Part shown: positions 54,010 to 62,710 of the stretch, piece after piece
Position numbering within the stretch: the stretch's first letter is position 1
Layout: each line of letters opens with the position of its first letter
DNA from: an uncultured Spirochaetota bacterium
Lineage (GTDB): Bacteria > Spirochaetota > Spirochaetia > SZUA-6 > Fen-1364
Direction of reading: 5' to 3'
Assembly: GCA_963781885.1 (NCBI GenBank)
Contig: CAWAHW010000005.1
Span: 256,001-320,000 of the forward strand
Length of the DNA: 64,000 nucleotides
Position numbers and translations under genes: made by a program
Notes under the pieces: model-generated
The model's database searches: none
The model's input: the letters and a program-made list of their open reading frames with translations, nothing else
Told to the model about the DNA's origin: nothing

Positions 54010-54124
54010 ATCTAACATAGAGTTGACCAGCGCCGCCGCATCATCCAGCCCCATCCGACGATTAGGATAAAGTTGGGTCTATCCAGACAAATTCCAAGGC
54101 GACTGGTCCAACGATTTGTTAGAT
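54010..54124 (-). repeat. attC site 8 (family B)
   Basis: ATCTAAC...GTTAGAT; near-identical to site 3. Confidence 0.88.
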
Positions 54125-54132
54125 GCTTCACG

Positions 54133-55056
54133 TCATGGGCTGCTGCCCTTTGGCGCGGCGGATTTCTTGTCGTTCGGATTTTCCCTGACACTATCCGCCC
54201 TAAGGCTCGCGATCTCGAAGTCCCTCACAGAAAGAGTTGCAGTCAATGTTGTGACTTGGTTTGCCAAGCTCTGCTTTTGGTCGCTAAGGGCTCTTATCGT
54301 TGCATCCTTCGCGAAGTTGGACACAGTCACGACGATGGCAACGACCGATACAACTAGAGCGAGAAGATTCCTCCCCATTTCAAAGAAATCTTTTCGGGTT
54401 GTTGCGATATCCGCATCAAGCGTTTTCAATCTTTCCTTAATCCGGTCCTGTTCTCGCGTAGAGATGTATTCCTTTCCAAGTCTTTTCGCTAATGTCCTTT
54501 TTTCTTGCTTGAACCCCATAAAGGCATAGAAGCTGGTGAAAGGCAGAATGAGAAGATGCCACAAGAAGTACAGTGGAACGATGAGGAGTTTTGCTATGAG
54601 AAGGGCGATCGAAACAAGGCAGAAAAGGAGGTACCTGGGAGCCATCATGCCTTTTTGGAAGAAGAGTCTTTTGTAAAGGCGGGAATTCCTCCAACTCTCG
54701 ACCGACCCATGAAATGGCTTTCTAAAGTTCCACAGCCATTCTGTGACAGAAGCTGCACGTGCGTAGCGTTCCATCCTCTCATTGAGGGCACGGATCTGTT
54801 CGTCATTCTTGTAGGGTTGAAATGAACGTACACCCGTGAATCTCATCGGTCTCTGGGACGGTTGTCTCTCCGTGAGAAGATCAGCAAGTTCTTTACCGCC
54901 CGCTATCTCCATAGTTGCGGATTCATCTGCCGCGAAATAGAATGCAGACTGCTCGTCAGAATCTCCAAGCCTGCCGCAGTAGAAGAGTCTGGTGAAACCC
55001 TTGGTTTCAAGATATCTCACGTACGAGCCGCCGATTTGTAAGTGTTGTTCTTTCAT
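54133..55056 (-). CDS. Hypothetical membrane protein with TM segments and coiled coil (cassette)
   Basis: AGAAGGAG RBS before ATG 55056; stop 8 bp from attC8. Confidence 0.75.
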   Translation of the reverse strand: MKEQHLQIGGSYVRYLETKGFTRLFYCGRLGDSDEQSAFYFAADESATMEIAGGKELADLLTERQPSQRPMRFTGVRSFQPYKNDEQIRALNERMERYARAASVTEWLWNFRKPFHGSVESWRNSRLYKRLFFQKGMMAPRYLLFCLVSIALLIAKLLIVPLYFLWHLLILPFTSFYAFMGFKQEKRTLAKRLGKEYISTREQDRIKERLKTLDADIATTRKDFFEMGRNLLALVVSVVAIVVTVSNFAKDATIRALSDQKQSLANQVTTLTATLSVRDFEIASLRADSVRENPNDKKSAAPKGSSP

Positions 55057-55125
55057 GACTCCTTCTCCCAAAAGCCAGTGAAGCATACGCCGAAAGAGAA
55101 ATGAGCCTCCACGCTGTGCGCTTTG

Positions 55126-56444
55126 TGTCCTAACTAACACATCGTTGACACTTTTCGCAGCACATCCTAACAGTTATCTCGCTGCCCTAACCAAGCGGCC
55201 GAGCTCATCCTGGATGCGCAGCTGCCGCTCGTCAAGATAGCCTAACAGGGTGTCGCGGTAATACACGCGCCACTTGCCCTTCACGATCTGCTCCAGTCCG
55301 ACGTACTTCTCGATCAGCGTTGTGCTGACGACGACCCACTTGCTGGAGCCCCAGCGGATTGCCCCGTTGCGGCAAACGTATTTCGTGCACATGCCTTCTG
55401 GATACTTCCAGGTCCTAGTTATGCGTGGAAGGCGGCGAGGGGAGTGGCGGTAGAACTCCTTGGGCCTCCTCTGTCCCAGCGTCTGATGAGGACGCTGCAC
55501 GTTGTAGAAATGACGAAAGGCGTCGAACTTGTGTTGCTGCTGGACCAGGCTGTAGGCGGCCGGCTTTGTGGCCTCAGCCTTTAGCTCTTCGTGCATCCGC
55601 TCGTGACTACCGTTCTGCTCGGGGTGAGCCGGGTCAGAATAGACCGGCTGGATCCCCAGATCCATGAGCCAGACGGCAAGCCGCGTAAGCCGCGAGAGGC
55701 TCACCCCACTGGCGAAGGGCTCTCCGTTGTCACTGTGGATCTGTTTGGGCAAACCGTACTTCTTGAAAAGGGCCTCAAATACGGCCTTTGTGCCCTCATA
55801 TGTGGGATTATGCATTCCCACCACCGCCAGCACAAAGCGGCTGTAGGCGTCCATGACGGTCAGCGGGTAGCAGTAGCGCCCGTCGCCCATGCGGAACTTC
55901 CCTTTGAAGTCCACGCTCCAGATCTCGTTGGGGGCCTTCGCCTCAAAGATCGGGTGCATCTCTCGAATGCGACGAACGCGGCGCCGCTTCTTGACTAGGC
56001 CATAGCGTTTGAGCACCAAGGCGATCGTCGCCACCGAAGGCACCTTCCGCCGACCACCATACCTCTCCGTGAGCAGCTGAAAGATCTTCAGCGGACCCAT
56101 GCGAGGCCACCTGCCTCGTATTCGTACGATTGCCCGCTCGATGCTCGGTGCAGTGCGGTTCCACACCCGCCGCGGAGCCCGCGATTGCTCCTTGAGTCCC
56201 GCTACACCCCGCAACAGATAGCGCAGTATGTAGCGGTAACCTAAAGTACGGGAGATACCATAAGATTTGCACAGAGCAGTGAACGTGTGCTGGCCTGACT
56301 CCCACTCAAGAACGAAACTAGCCTTTTCGTCCATCGCTGACCGTTCCCTCCAGGGCATCCCGCTCTCCTCTCGGAGAAAACGTCGCCCAAAAAAGTGTCA
56401 ACGATGTGCTTAGAATTCTGTCAACGATGTGCTTAGACAGGACC
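55126..56444 (-). mobile_element. IS481-like element 1 (intact transposase 55174..56358)
   Basis: MPW.E..., W.VDFKG, DNG.PF, NG.HERMH motifs; ends TGTCC.../...GGACC with internal ~19-bp repeats; 3-bp TSD TTG. Confidence 0.92.
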
Positions 56445-56451
56445 TTGAAGC

Positions 56452-56565
56452 ATCTAACATAGAGTTCAGCACCCGGCCCGCATCAGAATTGCACCACACC
56501 GATTTGCTCCGGAATTGGGTCTTTCCTACAGATTCAGCCTGGAGTGCTGCAACGACTTGTTATGT
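56452..56565 (-). repeat. attC site 9 (family A)
   Basis: ATCTAAC...GTTATGT; L boxes GTTCAGC/GCTGCAAC. Confidence 0.9.
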
Positions 56566-56908
56566 TCAAGGCAGAATGGACTTGTAGTCTACGCTATGCA
56601 GAAGTCAATTCCTTTGGCCAGAATTGCGTCCGTAGGTCTTGCCAAGAGCGGCGTTGCCACGGTCTGCGGGGATTGAACAATAGGTACGAGCGCAAAGCCG
56701 AGCGCGGCTCTGTTTCCCGCTGCATCCGGACTGAACGGAAGAGAAGAAATACTTGGTCGTCCAGGCTTGGGACACCGGAAAGAAAAAGTCTTTCGGACCA
56801 GAGGCCGCGATGTTTCAGAGGTCCAAATGACCCTAACCTCTTGAAGACTCTTCAACTATCCAAAGATTCTGGAAGAAGGTGAAAGTTTCATTTTCCTTTG
56901 AACATAAC
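56559..56908. other. Apparently gene-less cassette, copy 2
   Basis: Diverged copy of 51479-51828. Confidence 0.7.
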
Positions 56909-57017
56909 ACAGAGTTCAGTACCCGGCCCGCATCAGATCAAAACCACAAAGATTTGCCCCGGAATTGGGTCTCAGCGGGAAGATTCTCGTCCGGAGTGCT
57001 CCAACGATTTGTTAGCC
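56902..57017 (-). repeat. attC site 10 (family A)
   Basis: ACATAAC...GTTAGCC. Confidence 0.9.
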
Positions 57018-57085
57018 ACACCCGTCAGAAACCGGCAGCAACGGGATGGAGTAGGGCAGTTTTATGGCCGGTCTTGTCTTGTGAT

Positions 57086-57376
57086 CTATGCTCCCAGGGC
57101 CTGAGCTACGGCCTCCGGGTTAATTGAAGCTACTCTCAATAAGGCTTGCGCGGGCCCTTCCGGTTTGCGCCGTCCTTGTTCCCAGTTCTGAAGCGTGGCA
57201 ATACTCACCCCAATCATTAAGGCGAATTCGCTTTGGGACTTATGCAGCTTCTCACGAATCGCCCGTACATCAGCGGGATTGAATACGGCTACTCTTGAAG
57301 GCTTCACTTTGCCGCGTTTGATCCTTCCGGCCTGCTTGATGCTTTGCGTAAGCTCGTTGAAATGCTTGGTGTTCAT
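57086..57376 (-). CDS. higA: HigA/NadS-like HTH antitoxin
   Basis: SQSEFA..IGVS..TL.NWEQGRR.P.GPA. Confidence 0.88.
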   Translation of the reverse strand: MNTKHFNELTQSIKQAGRIKRGKVKPSRVAVFNPADVRAIREKLHKSQSEFALMIGVSIATLQNWEQGRRKPEGPAQALLRVASINPEAVAQALGA

Positions 57377-57690
57377 TTGAACTCTCTCTCTACCAACTGC
57401 CTCAGGATCTTGGTCTGTTGAGCAGTAAGGTCTTCCTGTTCGTTTTTCGGATACAGATACAGCATGTAAATGGTGTCCGACGGCCTTTCCCAGTAGTAGA
57501 TAACTCGGTACCCGCCGCGCTTACCGTGTCCCTTGCCGCCCCATCTCAGCTTGCGAAGGCCACCCGTTCCTGGAATAAGGGCACCTTGCTCGGGACGTAG
57601 CACAAGTGCCGTTTGGAGCAGTCGATATTCATCATCATGCAAGCTTTGATTAGCTATCTTTGTGAATGTCGGCGTTTCCAGAAACTTCAT
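57373..57690 (-). CDS. higB: HigB/RelE-family toxin
   Basis: GTGGLRKLRW..GKRGG.RVIYY, Y.KNE..DL. Confidence 0.9.
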   Translation of the reverse strand: MKFLETPTFTKIANQSLHDDEYRLLQTALVLRPEQGALIPGTGGLRKLRWGGKGHGKRGGYRVIYYWERPSDTIYMLYLYPKNEQEDLTAQQTKILRQLVEREFK

Positions 57691-57695
57691 GTCCG

Positions 57696-57724
57696 AATGT
57701 ACGCCAATGGCGGACAGTTGTCAA
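57696..57724 (-). promoter_or_regulatory. Cassette-internal higBA promoter with overlapping operator palindrome
   Basis: TTGACA, 17 bp, TACATT; imperfect palindrome TGTCCGCCA-T-TGGCGTACA in the spacer; only 5 nt between -10 and ATG. Confidence 0.75.
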
Positions 57725-57755
57725 CTACAGTTTGTGGCAAATCCGTCTTGGTTGT

Positions 57756-57870
57756 GGCTAACATAGAGTTCAGTACCCGGCCCGCATCAGAAAGAAACCA
57801 CAAAGATTTGCCCCGGAATTGGGTCTCAGCAGGAAGATTCTAGCCGGAGTACTGCAACGATTTGTTAGAA
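57756..57870 (-). repeat. attC site 11 (family A)
   Basis: GGCTAAC...GTTAGAA; L boxes GTTCAGT/ACTGCAAC. Confidence 0.9.
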
Positions 57871-57956
57871 GGTTTTCCTCTATGCGTTCAACCCTGACGC
57901 TTTTTGCAGAAGACCCTTTCGCTTTGACTATCTTCAATCTTCAAAACCATATTCCG

Positions 57957-58346
57957 CTATTTTGCATTGGGGCGGTTCTTGGCGGTTTTGGCCGGCCGCT
58001 TTGTGGCACGAGGTCGTTTATGCAGTGGTTCATAGACTTTCAATGGGCCGCCGCCTGGCAGCCTAATAGTGGTTAGCTTCCCCCAGGTAAGCGTTTGAAC
58101 TTTGTTGCATTTGACGTTGTGCTTTCTCGTTTGATTGACGAAGGTGACGATGTCGTCGCACAGCAGGTAGAACTCCTGACTCCCGTCTTTATCTGAAGGG
58201 TGAACCGCGAGTTCAGATGGTGGAAGTGCAAAGATGAGCCAGTTGTCTCCGATGTCAACGTAGGGGAACTCAAGGACGTCTCTGATGAATGCGCGATCCT
58301 TGTCAGGATTGGAACTGTAGATAATGGAATGGCTTCCAGTAATCAC
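57957..58346 (-). CDS. VOC/glyoxalase-family protein (cassette)
   Basis: G.H.IIYS...DRAF.RDVL, LAVHP, WG..T...LPGG...YEP.H. Confidence 0.85.
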   Translation of the reverse strand: MITGSHSIIYSSNPDKDRAFIRDVLEFPYVDIGDNWLIFALPPSELAVHPSDKDGSQEFYLLCDDIVTFVNQTRKHNVKCNKVQTLTWGKLTTIRLPGGGPLKVYEPLHKRPRATKRPAKTAKNRPNAK

Positions 58347-58440
58347 TGGCAGAACGCTCCTTTAACAATAGATGCTGGCCCTGCAATATGACAGTGATGG
58401 TACTGCACATGGCGTCTTTTGAAAAGAAAGAAAATCTGAA

Positions 58441-61400
58441 TGTCCTACCTAACACATCGTTGACACTATTCTAAGCACATCGTTTACACTTTTTTCTTTG
58501 CCCTCATTGTGCGCCCAAGATCATCTTGGATGCGTAGGGTACGCTCGTCAAGGTAGCCGAGCAGTTTGTCACGATAGTACACCCGCCATTTCCCCTTGGC
58601 CATCTCTTGCAGTCCGACATACTTCTCAATCAGGGTTGTGCTAACAACCACCCACTTGCTGCCTCCCCAGCGAAGGGCTCCGTTACGGCACACATACTTC
58701 ACACTCATCCCCTCAGGGTAGTTCCATTTCGGAATCTTGCGGGGAAGGCGCCGCGGGGAATTGCAGTAGAACTCTTTGGGCTTCCGTTGCCCTAGCGCCT
58801 GATGCGGACGTTCTTCGTTGTAGTCGCGGCGGAAGGCATCAAGCTTGCGCTGCTGTGGTCCCAGGCTATACCCAGGCGGTCGTGTTGCCTCCGCCTTCAG
58901 CTCCTCATGCATGCGCTCATGGCTGCCGTTGTGCTCGGGGTGCCCAGGATCGGAGTACACAGGCTCAATCCCCAAATCCATGAACCAGACAGCCAGCCGC
59001 GTTAGCCGTGAGAGACTGACAGCGCTGGCAAATGGCTCCCCGTTGTCGCTGTGGATCTGTTTGGGAAGGCCATGCTTCCTGAAAAGTGCCTGAAATACAG
59101 CCTTTGTGCCCTCAAAAGTAGGTCGGTGCATCCCCACCACCGCCAGCACATAGCGGCTGTAGGCGTCCATGACAGTCAGCGGGTAACAATAGCGCATGTT
59201 TCCCATGCGGAACTGACCCTTGAAGTCTACACTCCAGATCTCGTTAGGAGCCTTAGCCTCAAAGATTGGGTGCACCTCGCGAATCCGCCGTACCCGTCGA
59301 CGCTTCTTTACAAGACCGTAGCGCTTCAAGATCAACGCAATGGTCAACACCGCCGGCAATTTGCCCCCACGCTGCCTCTTGCGTAGTTTCTCCTGCAATG
59401 TTTTATGTCAAGCGAAATTCCCCGAATTCACCAACAAGCTTCCCGAAAAACGCCACGGGAAATTCCCTGATTTTGCCATCGGGTTGTCTCCCGTGGATCA
59501 CATGGATGGCGGCGGTGGCCTCCTTCCCAAGCGCCGCCATCGCACCACCACGCCGTGTTCTTCCGGACATGGGGGATAGAATACGTTACCAGGTAGGCGA
59601 AACTGCTCCTTTCTCCCGGTTGTTGAGCATGACAAATTTCCGAACCTGCTCCTGAAGGTCCTGCTCGGAATACACATTGGGATGGGGTTCGTTTCCGAAT
59701 TGCTGGAGCAACCGGCGCTCAAGCTCATCGTCGATCTCCATCCGTCCAGGGAAGCGGAGCCGGTCTATCATGATCCGTGTGAGTGTCATTTTGGTTCCTT
59801 TCCTACAGGCGCCTTTGGCTGGGCGCCGTCTCGCATAAGGGCGTGCGTCATGCGATAACTCTTGGCTTCGAACATAATCAAGTGCCCATGGTGGACGAGC
59901 CGGTCGATCATCGCTGCTGCCATCTGCTCGTCGGTGAATATGCCTCCCCATTTGGAGAACTCCAAGTTGGTCGTCAGGATCAGGCTCTTGCTCTCATAGC
60001 TGTCGGCGATGATCCGAAACAGCAGTTGCGATCCCTCCCGGTCCACGGGGACATACCCCCATTCATCCAGGATCAGAAGGTCAAGTTGCTTGAGATCGCG
60101 CACAAGGCGCTCAAGGGTACCATTGCGATAAGCGTCGGACAGTTTGAGCACGAGTTCGGTGACCGTGAAGAACCGGACCAAGCTGCCCATCTCGCACGCG
60201 CTGATCCCAAGGGCGATCGCCATGTGTGTCTTGCCGGTCCCCACGCCGCCGTAGAGGACAAGGTTTTTCTTCTCCCGCACGAAGAGGCAGGCCAGCATTT
60301 CCTCCCGGCTGAAGGTAGGGGGCAGACGGATGTCCGAAAAATCGTATCCCTCAAAGCTCTTGAAGACTGGGAATGCGGCCCTGTTCAGCAGTCGGCTCTT
60401 CTTGCCGCGCTCTCTTCGGGCTATCTCCTCGCCCAGCACACGATGGAGGAACTCCTCTTGCCGTGGTGTCGCCTCCGTCTCGCATAGCTCGGCGACCCTT
60501 GCGGAGAGCATCAACCTCCGACTGAAGTCCATGATGTCGCGGCGCTGCTGCTCGCGCTCCAATCCAGGTTTGCTCATGACTGGCCAAGCCTCTGGAGGAG
60601 CTCGTCATAGACGCGCAGATCCTGCCCACGCTCCGGGGCCACCTCCAGTCCATAGCCGCTGATGCGGGCCGCGAGCGCCGCCGCGTCGCAGAAGGCGGTC
60701 CGGTTGATCCGCAGGCCCTCCTCAAGGGCATGCAAGGCCGTCTCGAAGCTGTATGTAGTCGTAAGCTGGTGCATCGTGCGCAGGGTAGCCCGCAGCTGGT
60801 CCCTAGGCTGCCTGTCCATGGCGTCCTTCAATACCGTCGGGACCATTTCCCTGATCCCGCTGTTCTGCCACGCCCCTGCATTGTTCATCAGTACGGCCAG
60901 GGAGGTCCGGTAGTCGCAGGTGTCGCTTCGCTGTGGCCCATAGTTGCGGGTGTGCCCAACCAGCACCTGCTTGCTCTCCCTGTCCAGGATGTCGATGGTG
61001 TGGGCGCGGATTGCTACCAACACCTCCTGCCCTGCGTACTCCGGGCACGTGGAATAATGGTGCCGGGCGTCGATGCGCACCTTCCCGTAGCCATCGGCCT
61101 TAACATATTCGTAGCGCACGACATCGAAGGGCATCCGCGGCGGGGGCATCAGGGCCGAGCGGTCGACCTCGAACAGCTGCCCGATGGGCTGCAGCTTCTT
61201 GTAATGCGCCTCCGCCGCCTTGGCCTCGTGCAAGTCCAGCAGTTGGCGGTTGTACGCCTCGATGTCGGTGAACTCCGGCTCCGGCACGAACAGGTTCCGG
61301 CGGGTATAGCCAATCTTGCTTTCGACGTTCCCCTTCTCGTGGCCCGATTCCGGGTTGCAGAAACGCACGGAGAAGCCGTAATGCGCCCTCATCCGCTGGA

Positions 61401-62564
61401 ACAGCTTCGCCTCGTGGATGATCTCTCCCACCCTGCGCCCTACCCCCGTGGCGTTGTCGAACACGATGAGCGGGGACACCCCGCCGATGTAGCCGAAGAT
61501 GTCCTTGAGCCCTTGGCAGACGCATTCAGCGGTCTCGCCGCCGAATACCTGAGTGAGGCTGTTGTTGCTGTACGGGAAGGAGAGCGTCAGGTATTTCTTG
61601 CGCACCAACTCCCCCCGCTCGCGGAAGTCCGCTTCGCCGAAGTCGCACTGTGACTCGCCTGGGTGCCAAACCAGCTCCTGGCTCGCCCGCAGGGCCCGCT
61701 GTGCACTGAGCCTGTCCTTCACGTAGCGCTGGACCGCGTTGTACGCGCAATCGTAGCCCAGCGATTCGGTCTTGAGCCGGTCGTGGATCCGCTTCGCCGT
61801 ATGGCGCTGCTTGTACCAGCGCCCCTGGTCCTCCTCGAGCCACCTGTCGATCAGCGGCTTGTGCGGATCGAGCTTCGATGGCCGTGCGGCATCCTCCGGC
61901 GGGTGTGGCGAGAAGTCCTCCTGCTTCAGGTATTTCCGGACCGTCTTTTCATCGATGGCCAGCTCCCGCGCGATTCCCGCAACTGATTGTCCATCACGGG
62001 CCATCTCCTTTATGCTGTTAATCTGGGGCATGTTGAGCACCTCTCTTGATCCTCCTCCGTCGTGGTTGGTCCCTCGACGGGGATTCTTGATTCTTGGGAG
62101 CAGTGTTTCAACTGCCCCTGATTTTTCTCGGGAATTTCCCGTGGCGAAATCAGGGAACACCTCGTGGTGTTTTCAGGGATTTTCAGCTTACATTAAACAC
62201 TGCAACTTCAACGGCCCCAAGCGCGGCCTCTTGCGCCGCCACTCTACGATGGCCTCCTCTACTTCCTTGGAGGTACGGTTCCACACACGTCGAGGAGCTC
62301 GCGACTGCTCTTGCAGCCCGGCCATTCCCTGGAGCAAATACCGCGCTATGTATCGGTACGCAAGGGTCCGTGAAATCCCGAAGGATACGCACAGATCACT
62401 GACGCTGCTCTCACCTGACTCCCATTCCAGAATGAAGCTCGCCTTTTCGTCCATCGCTGAACTCTCCTTCCATGGCATTGAGGTCTCCTCCTGGAGAAGA
62501 CCATGCCCATAAAAGTGTCAACGATGTGCTTAGAATTCTGTACACGATGTGCTCGGACAGGACC
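58441..62564 (-). mobile_element. IS481-like element 2; transposase (62206..62478 + 58484..59398) interrupted by IS21
   Basis: Same end structure as element 1; 3-bp TSD GAA; halves rejoin in frame (..LGPLKLQ|EKLRK..). Confidence 0.92.
59399..62199 (-). mobile_element. IS21-family element (istA 60574..62040, istB 59786..60577, extra ORF 59586..59789)
   Basis: TG...CA TIRs with internal repeats, 6-bp TSD CTGCAA; IstA QCDFG/DN/EKG.VE; IstB GTGKTH, LDEWGY, AMIDRL. Confidence 0.95.
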
Positions 62565-62571
62565 GAAAACC

Positions 62572-62686
62572 TTCTAACATAGAGTTGAGCACCCGGCCCG
62601 CATCAGACAAAGACCACGAAGATTGGCACCTGAAGCGGGTCTATTCGAGCAAATTCAGCCTGGAGTGCTCCAACGACTTGTTATGC
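62572..62686 (-). repeat. attC site 12 (family A)
   Basis: TTCTAAC...GTTATGC. Confidence 0.9.
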
Positions 62687-62710
62687 ACATTTGACCTTAC
62701 CTACTGCGTA

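Larger units (their letters stand above)
44473..62686 (-). mobile_element. Integron gene-cassette array (12 attC sites; intI not in window)
   Basis: Repeated 114-116 bp imperfect palindromes bounded by TAAC...GTTA alternate with minus-strand genes; each cassette's two ends are complementary. Confidence 0.93.

Noticed and set aside
44473-62686. Repeat array as CRISPR or REP/MITE family
   Set aside because: Repeats are ~115 bp with R/L box architecture and separate gene-sized units with matched ends; no cas genes and no TSDs around them.
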